Part shown: positions 13,600-27,321 of the stretch, piece after piece
Numbering within the stretch: the first letter of the stretch is position 1
Layout of the letters: every line of letters starts with the position of its first letter
DNA from: the human T2T-CHM13v2.0 reference genome, Homo sapiens
NCBI RefSeq assembly: GCF_009914755.1
Contig: NC_060942.1
Reading direction: 5' to 3' (one strand)
DNA length: 64,000 nucleotides
Made by a program: the position numbers and the translations under genes
Notes under the pieces: generated by a model
Database searches by the model: none
Told to the model about the DNA's origin: nothing
What the model saw: the letters and a program-made list of their open reading frames with translations, nothing else

Positions 13600-13850
13600 G
13601 TAGTATATAGCACGGTGATTAACGATTTGGCTTCTTGAGTAAGACTGCCTGGCTAGATGATGTACTAGGTGTGTGGCCTTTGACATGTCACCCAACCTCT
13701 CTCAGCCTCAGATTGCTCATCTGGAACATGGGGATGATAATGGTCTCTTTCTCACAGGGCTATTGGCAAATACATATAAGTGCTTGTCATAGTGTCCAGC
13801 ATTTTGTTCATGTTCAGGAACTGTCAATTAATATTATCTGGATAAAAGGT
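13600..13850. mobile_element. MIR
   Basis: ctctcagcctcagattgctcatctggaacatggggatgataat core. Confidence 0.7.
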
Positions 13851-16187
13851 TTTTAAAAATTGACCATGAAGATGTTTGCATTTAAACATTTCCTAATAAT
13901 GTTTAAGTGGCAACTAAATAATATTTGTTTAGATAATTTGTTACCATATAGGCATGATATTTGTTATGGATGTTAATGTATTCAACTTTTGATAGTCCTG
14001 AAATTATCCCAATAGATATCATTGATAATTTTAGAGCAATATTTTAGTTATGTTTGCTTTTTCTAGATTTTCTTGATATATTTGAAGGAAATATGTGCCT
14101 TGGAAAATTCAGAAAGATAATGAAGAACAACAATAATGAAAACAGTGGCAGGGAGAAAAGTAGGAATAAAATAAAGAGAAGACGAGTCAGATTTCATAAA
14201 GTAAAGACTTAACCAGGTCCATGTCTTCTGTGGGGTCCGTGAGCCTCTGAAATTATAATAAAATGCTGTAGATAGATGTTTTTGCACATGTGCATTTTTT
14301 GGAGGAAGCTTTTTAATGTGATCATCAAAGGGATTTCTGATCTTTAAAAAATTGAGATTTTTCTGGTATGAGGGACTAAAAACTCATCTAAATATAAAAT
14401 AAAATTTCAAAGCAGTTGCAAAATTAAGTGCCTGCAGATAAACTGATTCCTTCTATTTCCTCAACCAGGCTTCAGTTACTTTCTCATTGAATATGATAGG
14501 TCAAAGTTATTCTACTAGTACATTTACCTTTTCAAGTTAAAGTGTTTCATTGAAAAGACTGACACATATCTACAAAAATCCATCCTAAAGTAAAACATAT
14601 TTTTTTTCCAACACTGACACTAAGGTAGGTCAGTACACTTCTTCCATGTGATTCTAGGGGCCTCTGAAACAATGCATTTTCTTATTTCACTAATGGGCCA
14701 TCTTTAAAGAATTGGGACTATGTGGGTTATAAGCTGGTAATGGTGAGTTCTGTGCAGCATTAGTCTAGAAGAAAAGATGCCACTTAGTCACAACAAGTAT
14801 GAAAACCTTCTATTTAACTGAGTATAGATTTTGAAGAATAAGAGGAAGATCTCCCTTTGGTGAACTCATTTTCTTGTCTAAAATTCAGTTTTTTTTCACT
14901 TTTTATGATCTGGTTCCTTCCTCACCGTGACACCTGGTCAGCCTGTCAGAACCTGCTCTCTTTTCTAGCCAAGGCGTTCTTCATGCGACACTTCGTGTGT
15001 ACTCCTAGCTTTATCCACACAGTGTCACTGTTAGGATCTAAATGGGAAAAAATCAGCAGATTTCACTTCCTGATGACAAGTGCATTTTTAGGTAGAAATT
15101 CCAATAGTAAAGATTCTGAGTCTTTGACTTATTCCCTTGCATGACCAAAGTGAGAGTTCCTGAAATGCATTTTAGAAACCTGATTGTTAATGGTCTGCCA
15201 GCAACTGTGAACATTCACTCTAGGCTAAAATCTTCCCATACCAGGTCTCTCTTGACAATGCTCCCTGCCCCTCTTCGCCACATGAAGAACATATAAGGTT
15301 CAGGCTATTTTATTTTGGGGGGAAAGTAAGTTCAAGATTATTAAAGATTTCTTATTGGGATTACACTGTTTCTGTTTCAGATTGTTCATCTCTCCCTCCT
15401 TCAGCCTCCCCTGCCCCCACTGCCAGAAGCAATATTCAGTATTTGTGAGATAAGTTTTAAAAAGATTAATAATAATGCGTACAAATATACTTTACACTCT
15501 GCTTATTTTGCAGATCTTTACAAGTTCTTTCTGGCCCTTGGAGTTGTCAGTTTATATCCTAAAGCATGAGATTGGATTACTATATCCTTACCCTGCTTGA
15601 ATTTTTGACTTTTGTCGTTGGATTAAAAACAATGGATATGTTAGAAAGAATATTGTCTCCCATTGTTTCTTGTAACACAAAATATTACTAGAAAAACAAA
15701 ATATTTAAAATTTGATGCATTTTTGACATATTAAGTTCTTGTCTTTTATTTACTCTGTGAAATAGAGGCTTTGTTCTTAACGCTTCCCAAACTGCTTTTT
15801 CTTTTTCTATTTTTTTAGATTAGCTAGGGAGTAAGATCTCCATAAGAATAACACTTCAAACATCAACTTTTACTGAAAAAAAATTAAGTTACCAAAGCAT
15901 TTCTACTGTTCCAAGTTTTTAATTTTTCCTCTCTTTACTGAAGAATTAAATTCTAAATCTGAGAGCAAAACAATTCATTGGCACTACATTTAAATTTATA
16001 TTTTCATCTGTTCATTTCTGTCAGTAAATTCATAGCCAGCAGGCATGCAATTCATGAGCTGACTCATGGTTGAGTGAGTCTGAAGGCCATGTGCCCATTT
16101 CCCTGCTAAACTGGGAAGGTGTTCTGCACTTTTTCTCTATTCTTTTGGAAGGGTTGCCTAGGTAGGCTATCCTGGGACTCAATCTGT

Positions 16188-16769
16188 CAGCACTGAGTGG
16201 GAAAAGGCAAATCTTACAAATGCCCCGTCAATCTTGCAGCTCCATCTCTCCTATGGGCTGGTTGACCCAGGCAACAGTCTATAACTTAAAATGAAATTTT
16301 TCTGTCATTACCAAGCTTCCATTCAAAATAGCAAGTATAGCTCTGTAAGGGTAGGTTACCCCAGAGGTGGCTTACAATGTGTTTTCATTATTCTCAATTG
16401 GTTTGGTGATTTCTCAGCATAATAATTTTTCAGCAGTTTGGTAGCAGCATAGTGGAAGAGGGTAGGCGGGGAACTTCCGGTTTCATTCATGATCTACACA
16501 ATGTAAAATTAACTAAATGTTTTAAGCAACTTTTCTGATCTGAAGAGTGTCTCATATATTTCTAGATTCTTTTTCCTCCTTTTTTAAACCACCAATTAAT
16601 CTACACTGGTAACTGATTGTACTTGCTATTTTGAATGGAAACTGGGCAATGACAGAAAAATTTCATTTTAAGTTATGGATTGTTGCCTGGGTCAACCAGC
16701 CCATAGGAGAGATGGAGCTGCAAGATTGACGGGGCATTTGTGAGATCTGCCTTTTCCCACTCAGCGCTG
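16188..16769. repeat. Long inverted repeat: arms 16188-16339 and 16618-16769, 278-bp spacer
   Basis: Manual alignment: 152 bp, 9 mismatches, no gaps. Confidence 0.95.
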
Positions 16770-17744
16770 TAAGGAGCTCTTTATTTGGTCTATCGAGTTG
16801 ATTGTTCTAAATCTAAAAAAAAAACTTCTTTTACCAGGGACCTGACATGATATACCATAATGACTTAGAAAGAAACGTTAAACAGTCCATCCTGTCAACG
16901 GTGGCTGCCGGGCGCCGACAGACCATGGCAGGTCTTTTTATCAGGTCAATGAGCTGCTAAAAATTGTCTAAGTAGGACCCTGCCATGATAGGCCATAGTG
17001 CCTCAGAGGAAGTCATTACAGACTATCAAGTAAACAATACACATTTTCAAAAAAATTACTAATTAGGTTTTGCAGCAATACTTCCCATCCTTAGGGGCTC
17101 TACAGTGGGATAATTGACCACGACGTGAGTTATGCCTCCCAAGCCAAAGGCATGAAGGTTAATTATCACGGTGTACAGCCCCCAGCAAAGGGGACCATGG
17201 TGATGAGATGATGACATTTCAAACATGTATTGATAGTTGTTTTTTAAGTAAAACTTTTTGGAATAGTTTTGATTAAAGGGCAAAGTGATGCAGCTGTAAT
17301 AACAGCAACCAGGAAGTAACCTCCAAAAGAGAGAAACAGGGTGCACTGGAGAAAGATACCAGGAAGCTTCGGATTCATTAAGTTTGTCAAGCTATTAATT
17401 GACTTAGAATTATTTCCTCAGGTACCTTTGAACTAGACATTCCTAAAACTGTCTGTGGTCCTTAATGTATCATGCCTCATCATTTTCAGTGTGTAGCTTT
17501 AGTTTTCTAAGGGAGTTTTAATATATTTACCAGTATATAGAGTAGAAAGTTAGATATTGAGTTTCATTAGAGCATAGATTCATGCTGTCTTGCTGCAATA
17601 AGTACATTTTTGAATAAATGGTATTGTATGAAAATTTTCTTTTAGCTTGGAATTTAGGATTAAGGATCCAATTTAATCTCAGGGTAATCTACTTAAATGT
17701 TATAAAAAGAGAGATATTCAGGTGAGAAGTCATGTAAGAAATAG

Positions 17745-18064
<320 letters not shown>

Positions 18065-18923
18065 ATGCTGAAGAGGCAATAGTTTGCAGCTTACTGTCTA
18101 TCACACTGGAGAATTTGCTCAAGAGGATGTCTAGATATTATTTGAAAAGAACCAAGTGTTCAAAATCTAGGCTGTGAATTTGCATGTGCAGATAAAGACA
18201 TGGTGTCATGCCTGAGGAACAGCTAGGAGAGACAAAATATATGTAAATATAGTAGCCATCTTGTCCTTTGGTAGCCAGGAGACTTGGTCGAGATAACTAC
18301 TCTGTATGCAAAAAAATGAGATGACACGTTGCAAGACTAATTTTTTTTAAAGCTAACAAATTACTTGTTCTTGAAGGTATGGATTCAAAGACATTTGGGG
18401 AGGAAAATGTAAACAAGACAAAATTTACTATTGAGATGTTAAAGTTCAATATTTCATATCTAATTATCTAAATATCTAACATTTAAATATTGAATTTTAA
18501 TATTGAATATTGAATTTAATATTAAATAATTTAATATTGAGTATTGAAATGTCTGTACCAAAATGCACATCATTGCAAGTATAGTATTTTATATTTCAAT
18601 TTTAGGGTTTAAATATATTATCACCAAAAAGAGTGGTATAGCCAGAGAAATTGTAGCTCTATTTGCAAAATACCAATCAATATAATCAAGAAAGACAAGC
18701 CACACATTTTTTTTCTTCCTACATTAGGACAAATAATTGACTTATTTTTCTCTATTGAATTAACAAGGGAGGTCATGTAAACTGGCTAGGCCAAGTTTTC
18801 TATTTTGCCTCATATGTCTTTCATTGACTCTATTTAGCATTCCTTCTTACAAAAAACCACCTAGCACCCATGCCTCCTGTAAAGCCGTCACAAACGTTTC
18901 AGGTGCAAGAAATAAACACTTAC

Positions 18924-19002
18924 CTTTCCTGCATGGGTGGAAGTTGAATCCAGCTATTAAATCGAGGATCATATCGGCTGACAAAATTTGTACTGTGTTT
19001 TC
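18924..19002 (-). CDS. KLHL14: KLHL14 coding exon (probably exon 5), 79 nt: (G)KHSTNFVSRYDPRFNSWIQLPPMQE(R)
   Basis: ttttacag|GAAAACAC ... CAGGAAAG|gtaagt; phase 1-2; kelch YDP...W motif. Confidence 0.95.
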
Positions 19003-19479
19003 CTGTAAAAATGCATTCGAGACATTTAAAACTTAGATTCTTTTGTTGATTTGCACATGTAGTAGTGTTTTATCAGACGTCTCTATTCTCAGGTTTAACA
19101 AATAGATGAATTAAGTAGAGGGAATACCTAACACAGCACGGGCGATGAGTCAATAGAAAAATAAATGTGCCACCTCAAGTGTTTTTCCTCTTTCCTTCTC
19201 TTTCCTTTTTCTCTTTTTGCAATGAGTTAGGAAAAACTAAATCAACCACAATAATCAAAGCAACTACATTTACCAAACTGGCTTTTGTTACAGTGTTAGG
19301 ATAAAAATATCTCAGGTGTTATTGGTGTTTTAATGTTTTAAACACAGTAAGTTATTGTCTGTAAATTATCAGTTCCAAAGACTACCTTGTATGATGGTAT
19401 CTCTGGTTAGAGCCATTTAAAAAACAACAACAACAACAACAAAAACTTCTTACATCTTCTTTCTTTTCAGAAAAAATTA

Positions 19480-19590
19480 TTTTAAAAGATAATATTTTTA
19501 GAGAAGTTTTAGGTTCACAGCCAAATGGAAGGAAAGGTATAGAGATTTCCCACGTGTCCCCAGCCCTCACATGTGCATGGCCTCTCTATT
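19480..19590 (-). mobile_element. L1MC-like 3' fragment
   Basis: ttttagagaagttttaggttcacagccaaatggaaggaaaggtatagagatttccca. Confidence 0.55.
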
Positions 19591-20089
19591 GGTGGGAGAG
19601 TCTGCTCTCTCTGTTCAAACAATAGCAGCCACTACAAAAAGAGCCTGACTGGGAAAGTTAGTTTTGTCCTATGCATATCAAGTAAGTTCTGTGTGTGTAT
19701 TTGGGGGGAGCACAGTTGCTGTGACATATACACAGGTGTATTTGCTGAAATGGGAAATGTGAGTCCTCTGAGCTGCTTAACCAGCTTATCCTCTCTGTTG
19801 AGCTGAGAAGCATGGTAATGCCTCCAAGGTATTAAAATGAATCTTATTTTATATACATGTTAACATTAAAACAAGAAATGGAAGCAAAATAATATATTAC
19901 ATTCTCTGTAGCACCTGAGATGATAATCATCTAGAGGACTTGAAGCCTTAACTCTAAAAGTCTACCTTTATTTATATATGTGTAACTAAACATTGAGAGA
20001 TGGGTACCAAATTCACTACAGGACTGAACAGATAGGGGTGTGTGGGTGTGTGTGCATGTGCTCACACAGACATGTCCACCCAACACAAT

Positions 20090-22210
20090 TATTAACTGTA
20101 CAAATATATATCAAGCACCTAGCACCTACTGTGTGTTTCATGTATTCTAGACTCTGGAAATATATTGGTATGCAAGAAAGATGTAGTCTGTATCCTTATA
20201 AATGAATAAACAAACATATAATATCAAGTAGCGATGAACGCTATTAAAAAATAAAGCCAAGAATGATAAAGGGGAGGCCAGTTTCAGTAGCATAGTCACC
20301 TGCTCACAGATGTCTTCTGCAAGCCATGCAAATATCTGCAGAATGAGCCTCTCAGGCAAGGGGGCAGGAAAGAATTAAGTCCTTGGGCTGGCAGTGAGTT
20401 CAAAAACAGCAAGAATGCTAGGGTAACTGGGCAGAGGTCAGAAAGGGGTCAAGGGCCAGAACATAGTGTGCCTTGTGGGCTGATGCAGGATTTTATATTT
20501 TGTTATAAGGACAATAGCAAGTCACTGGAGAGTTTTGAGCAAGTGAAAAACAGTCCAATCTATCATGCTGGCTGCTGTATAAAGAGTAGACTATAGGAGG
20601 GCCACTGTGGAAGAGGGGAACTGTCAGGAGGCCACTACAATCATCAAGGTAAGAGCTGTGGTGGCTTGAATGAAGGTGGAGGTGGTGAGAAATGGTTGAG
20701 TTTTAAATCTGTTGTGCAGGCATAGCCAAATAAAATTTCCTGAGGGCTTGAATATTGGTATGAGAAAAAATGAGTCATTAGGGATGGCTGCTAGGTTTTT
20801 AGCCTGAATAACTGAATGGAAGATTATGCAATTTGCTGAGGTGGGGAAGACCAAGGAGGAGTAGGTAAGGAGTTGGGAAGAGAAGTTATGAGCTCTGTTT
20901 TGGAATTAACCTGAGAGACCTATAGGATCTCAAACAGGAAGTGTCTGGTAGGCCACTGGCTAAGTGCGGCTATGGGTGCAAATTTTGGAGTCATTAGTCC
21001 AGAGTTATTATTTAAAAGCATAGGATTGAGTGAAATCATGTATGGAGAGTGTATGAAAATGAAAGACAATGGGTCCTCAGAGTGAGCCCTGGAATAGAAG
21101 AAGCAAAACCAACATAGGAAAAGAATGCTCAGAGATAGGGGGGAAAGGTGTGGTATTTTGGAAGCAAATAGTGTTTCAAAAGGAAGGGAAGTGAGCAACT
21201 GAGAAGTGACTATAGGATTTGGCAGCATGAAGGTTGCTGGTGGCCTCAACAAGAATTGCTTCAGTGAACCGGAGGGGATGAAAGCCTGAGTGCAGACTAC
21301 TCAGGAGAGACTAAGATGTAAGAAAGTGGAGGTAAGAGGATAGGCACTGCTTCTTAGGACTTTTGCAATAGAAAGAAGATTATAGCTGGAGGATGCAGCA
21401 TTGAAGGAAGGTTTGTTTGGTTGTTTTCAAAGTTCGGACACACTGGAAAGTCCTTGAGCAGGCAAGAAGGAATGAGGAACAGACTTTAGGATTGGGGCAG
21501 AAACAATAATGGGGGAAGACAGAATATATAAGTTGCAGTGGAAATAAGTGAATAGATTGGAGGCAACAAAATGAAGGGTTTATCTTCTGAGTGCTTCTAT
21601 TGAACTAAAAAGGAAGGCCATCAACTGAGAGTGAGGATGGTGCCTTTGAAGAAGGAGGCATTTGAAAAGACTGAGGAATGAAGTAGTTACCTTGGAGGGT
21701 AGAAAGGCACATTGACCACAGAAATTTAGTGGAGCTGAATAGTAGCCAGCTTGGCTGTGTGGTTTTCTGTATCCACATTTAGCTACTCAGGGGCAGGGGA
21801 AGAGAGGGAAGAGAGTTAGGTTTAACCAGGACTAGTATTGCCAGGCAAATACAGAGGAAGGAGAGAGAGAACAAAAGGGCGGCAGGTTTATGAGGAGAGT
21901 GGTTATAGGGATGGGCCATAGAAGCTAAGCTCAGTAAAACGGGAAGTAAGGACACAAGGGGATGACAGACAGTGAAAAGGTGGCATTACCGGCAAAACAG
22001 TGGATTACTGCCACATAAAGAGGCAGCAAACGGTATCATCTGCAGATGTCCTTTAAAGTGCTTGGGGTTTTAAGGGATTGAGAATGGCAATAAAGACAAA
22101 ACAGAAAAGCTGCTTGCCTCCAATAATATAAAGTATGTGGGGGAAGGAGATATACACTGGCTCCCGTTAGAAAGAGTGGCTGGGAAAGCAGTACTCTCAG
22201 AAGACAGCCA
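20090..22210 (-). mobile_element. L2 (long degraded fragment)
   Basis: Purine-rich antisense L2-like sequence (agcacctactgtg..., gcaagtcactggagagttttgagcaag...); boundaries approximate. Confidence 0.7.
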
Positions 22211-22216
22211 GGTTTT

Positions 22217-22535
<319 letters not shown>

Positions 22536-23165
22536 TTAGAAAAGAAGTTGAAGGAACCATTCAGAGGAGAATTTAAGGATTATAGATATTTTGCTGATGT
22601 GAGATCATGAGTTATAGGAATCATGTGGGAAAGTTTGGATGGTTAGGTTGAGTAGTAAATTGAGTTTTATTTGGGGACATACAGGAAGAGATAAGAGTAC
22701 GAGGGGGAAAGGAAGACTCAGAAGACTTGGATTTCACATAAGGAGGCTCCACCTCAAGAAAGAGTTGTCTAGAGCTGGTTAATAAGTGAGTTTTTGTGAA
22801 ATCTGCAATCATTTCTGTGTAGAAAAAATCTCATCATTCTTACGTCAAGTTCCAAGGTTAATTCCCAAATTCAGCTGAAGATTAATGATATTCATAGGAA
22901 AGTAGAACCTACCCACCATATATAGGAATGTTTCTCTAGATGTTTGGTTTAGAATTTCCATTTGGAAGACGATATCTGCCTCCTCCTGGCAATGGGGCTG
23001 AGAGTGCCTTCATGTGCTGAGCATTGGTGGTAGAAACTAGCAATGTTCACTTCTTGTTGTAATGGTAGTGGCCTTGATTCAGAGAAGAGGCTAAGCAGAA
23101 ACTGGTGTAACATGGATGTGAGATGAGAAAATGGTTTCCAGAGGCAGGGTCAATGATGCCAAAGA

Positions 23166-23305
23166 GTCTGGGTGTGGTGGCTCATGCCTGTAGTCCCAGC
23201 TACTCAGGAGGCTAAGGTGACAGGATTGCTCAAAGTCGGGAGTTCAAGGCAGCAGTAAGCTATGATTGCACCTTCCAGCCTGGATAACAGAGTGAGATCC
23301 TGTTC
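23166..23305 (+). mobile_element. Alu monomer (FRAM/FLAM-like)
   Basis: gggtgtggtggctcatgcctgtagtcccagctactcaggaggct ... acagagtgagatcctg. Confidence 0.8.
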
Positions 23306-24479
23306 CCAGACCCCCCAAAGAAGATGCAAAAATAGGTCAAGAATGGAGGACTGGGAAGGTGAAAGGAAGGAAGGCGTTCTGGAGGTGGCAAAGGAGGTGC
23401 AGAGAGGATAATGAACCTCAGGAAGAATGAGTGTGGTAGAGTGAGGAAGGTGAGATGAAATGGGGTTATTCTCCTTCCTTGTGGCTACTATTGAGATGCT
23501 ACCAGCAGCTTGAGAGTGGCAGCCATATGCTATGAAATTTTGGATTATCCTTCACACATTCTGTTTTTTCTCATCCTTTTCATTTTTTTTGTGATTTTCC
23601 TCCACTTTTCTTTTTTGTGCTGGTGCCCTGTCACCAGACACCATTGTTGCTTAGCACTTGGCTGATGTGATTATATGGGGCAAAGGGTGGCAGTTTCCAG
23701 CCAATGGGTAGAGGAGAAGGAGGTGGGAAGAAAAGAAGTTCCCTATGAGCAGTTGTTTTGGGAACCAGTTATCAGGAAGTGACAAATGTAAACTGGGTTT
23801 CCATAAGCTGGGGCACTGACAGAGTCTATGTATATCTATTAGAATATGATCATGCATTCCTATCACTAATGACATGAAGAGAGTTGATAGGAGTTAATAA
23901 TTATATCTGAGTAGAAAACCTTATGTGTGTATTTTGATTATATTTCCAGTAACTAATATATTTGCTGACTTCAAACTGTGGTCATCAATAGATCATCAAT
24001 AGATATAATTATATTTATTTCAATGAGTACATGTTTGTGTTTTATGAGCATGTATTGAAATTTGCAATTTTGTACTTCAAGGGCACACATCTCAGATACC
24101 ATTTTCATAAGAACTAATGTTTAACTTAAGAAGATTTCATCTCTGGGACTGACATACATAACATCCGAACCCACGGATTTAAAAGCTTTCTCCCTGCCAG
24201 CAATGATATTAAAGCATGTTATATATTATCATAGGATTGCTCTCCTTTATATGTTTTAGTGTTAATTGCATGAGGTATTATAATACAAGACTCTCATATT
24301 TTAGAGATGGTTGAGTCTCTTCACAGTTTTTAAAATGAGGACTGATGAAGGAGTTCCTTGTGAGTGAGTGGGAGCCACTATCCATGTGATCAAATATTGA
24401 TTTAATTTCACAAGATCAAAAGCAAAAGCATGACTGTTACACATCTAACCAAATACATATGTTTACGTGAAACACAGTG

Positions 24480-24725
24480 TATTACAGTGGCTAAAGATGA
24501 CTGCTCTGAAATCAGATAGACCTAGGTTGAAATCAGCTCAGCTTCTTGTAAGCTATGTTTTCTGGCAAGTCATTTAACCTCTTCAGGCTTAGTCTTCTCA
24601 TAGTAAAACTAGAGCTATCATGGAATGATTTGCAGGATGCTTGTGAGGACTAAGTGAAATGATGCAGTTGAGTGCTTAGCAAAGTTCCTGGCAATAAGGA
24701 GTACTCAATAAGTACTACTACTAAT
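24480..24725. mobile_element. MIR
   Basis: ggcaagtcatttaacctcttcaggcttagtcttctcatagtaaaa core. Confidence 0.7.
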
Positions 24726-24784
24726 ACTAACGAAGTCAACTATGGTTGACCAGATGGATGGAGTATAGAAACCATTCACGGGAT

Positions 24785-25000
24785 TGTGGTGGGTGCTCTT
24801 GTTCATTAGCCCAGATTCCTTTACCAGACCGGTGCACCCATTCCCTGGCTGCTGAATGCTGGCTGCTCATGGTCACGGCGGCTCCTCCTGCTGAACAGGC
24901 CACCTCATTGCCTTCCCTCATCCCCCACCTGGGGGAAGGCTTTGGCCAATAACTGACATGAAGTGCAAAAGGCTGGCCTGCTTGCCGCAAGGTGTAACCA
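24785..25000. mobile_element. ERVL LTR16-like fragment
   Basis: cccagattcctttacc ... ggccaataactgac ... aaaaggctggcctgcttgccgcaagg resembles LTR16. Confidence 0.5.
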
Positions 25001-25142
25001 GTTCTCCTCTATTTAGGTGAGCCCAGCCCATGGTCCAGCCTCCTTTGCCCAGATCTATACTAAATGACCTCACGTGCCAAATGAGTCAGGGACACAATGA
25101 CTCAGCCTTTCATGTGGAAGCTTCCAAAATTCTAAAAAGGGA

Positions 25143-25146
<4 letters not shown>

Positions 25147-25220
<74 letters not shown>
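25147..25220. repeat. Compound microsatellite (AC)n(AG)n
   Basis: About 20 AC units followed directly by about 17 AG units. Confidence 0.98.
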
Positions 25221-25221
<1 letters not shown>

Positions 25222-25736
25222 ACTCCCAGGCCTGTATTAAGGATAAAGGTAAAATTAAAATATAGTAATTAAAGTTATACTAAAATTTAATTCTGTGCAT
25301 CCTAGTGGTTACAGCAAAGAAAAGAGACACAATAGTCACATCGTTAGCATTAATAATACTTTTCAAAAGCACACAATGCCTCAGTACTTTGGTCTAAAGA
25401 ATTTATCCTCTGGGGCTTCATAGAGAGCCCATGAGTGGCCATGGTGAGAACCATCCCTATGGTAAATGCCGTTGTGTGCTGTTTCTAGTCATTTCTCACA
25501 GCATATTCACTGATGGCTTTAAACCCAACTGCTGTTCCTCTCAGGGCTGGGAAAGAGAAAATCAGTGTAATCCAACAGCATGATTTTATGGGAGTCTGAA
25601 TTAGTTCAAAGATAAAATCTTGATTCTCTAGACTAGAGGAAGGAATATGTCCTTTCAACTCTCCCGTGTTCCCCCCACCCAATTCTCTCAGATGTGCCTT
25701 TGATTAGAAATTGAACAGCAAGTAGTTACAGGTGTT

Positions 25737-25768
<32 letters not shown>

Positions 25769-27231
25769 TGCATATGCCTCTGGAACAGGTTTTCTGTGTT
25801 GCTGCTTAAGATCTGACTTAAGACCTTAAGTCAGGGAGATTCACAGTGTTTTGTGAGAATGAATTGTGGCAACAAGACTGCTATTTTAACAGAGGTCTAT
25901 TCTACCTGCAAAGTGCAGTAGGCTGAAGATGTTCCTGTTTTCTCTTGTCATGTTTTAGTTTTAACCTGGCCTTCAAAAAGAATGTTCTGCAGATTATTTG
26001 CTTAGATAAACCCAGTGGCTGCACACTATGTGTTTGCTTACAAATGCTCCTTCCAGTTCAAATCACATCTAAAGAAGGATAAGTTAAATAGTAAATGAGG
26101 AGTTTACAATGCATTGTGCGCATGTCAGGGTTTTCTGGTAACATACCGAATCCATCATTACAAAGGTAAGTTAGGGGAGAGATATGAAATATCATCCTTG
26201 CTCCTGTTCCAAGTTTCTCACAAAGCCCAGGAACCATCTTCTTTCCAACACTAGAAAATGTGGCACAACAAAGCTGCAGGTCTTGAGAAAGAATGTCCCT
26301 CTCTCTTAAAAGAAATGTTCTTGAAGGGTGGCCTGGATTGTTTTCCTTGAAGATTTTCTAGAGTGAACAGATGTAACAATTTTCTATAATTTGCCTTGGT
26401 GCAGATGCTGAAAGAGAGCACTCACAATAAAATATATGCAGTATATGTAATTTCAGCTGGATGTTCTGGGGTTTTAAAGTAAAAATGTGTACCTGCAAGC
26501 TGTTTTATGGTTTCTCAGTCACAATTATCTCTGTTACACAGAAGGCTACAACTGCAACTCCTCCTTCATGTGCAAGCTTTCCAAAAATATCTTGATAATT
26601 TTGCATGTTCTGCAAGCCACAGGGTTCTTGTGTTCGATTTGGGACGTGCGTTAAAATGTTTAATTTCTCTTTGCAATAAGTTTATGATGTAATCACATCT
26701 ACGGGGAGGATGGTGGATAATCTATGGAAGAAGCACTTGCAAAAGGTACAGCAACTGGAATGGATGTTGAGTAATACCTGCTGCCAAATAATTTCAGCTA
26801 AAATTATGTGCGGCATGACTGGACATAATGCTTATGTATTGCAACCCACGTTATTATATTGATAAAATGGGAGAAAGGTGGTGGAGAAGATGGTGAGGAT
26901 TCTTAACAGCTGCAGCTTTGCTCCCTTCCTCTAGGGAGTTTGTGCTCATGCTTGTGGCATTCCTCAGGGGATGGATAAGGAGAGGGGCTGGGGTATCACT
27001 GTGAAGCCAAATCCCCAGACAGTTGATGAGTGATCGCTCTGCTACACATGTCCCCAGTTAGCTCAATGATTGACCCTCTCTCCAATTGTCAGCCCCATCT
27101 CCTTACTACTTCATTTGTCCCCGTTGCACAGAAATGTATTTTCCACACTAATTACAAAATGGACTGCTACTGATGCCCTTCATTACACACATACTTGTTG
27201 AGCACCTCCAATTAAGTTGTTCAATAGTTAC

Positions 27232-27321
27232 CATTCGGATTCCACTGGTCCTCTCCACCCAACACGAACAAGAAGTTTTCCACCTCCACAACGCAGTGGT
27301 GGGCACTGTTGTATGGCATAA
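27232..27321 (-). CDS. KLHL14: KLHL14 coding exon (probably exon 4), 90 nt, kelch repeat: (I)MPYNSAHHCVVEVENFLFVLGGEDQWNPN(G)
   Basis: Minus strand: polypyrimidine tract tttttttcttaatttcag|TTATGCCATAC ... CCGAATG|gtaac; phase 1-1; kelch LFVLGG motif; joins in frame to the 19002 exon. Confidence 0.93.

Noticed and set aside
18446-18548. aatattgaat-type repeats (also aaatttac repeats at 45855-45940)
   Set aside because: Ordinary AT-rich low-complexity slippage, not a regular repeat-spacer array
25813-25834. 10-bp inverted repeat ctgacttaag-ac-cttaagtcag (similar one at 30926-30950)
   Set aside because: Short stems with no supporting context
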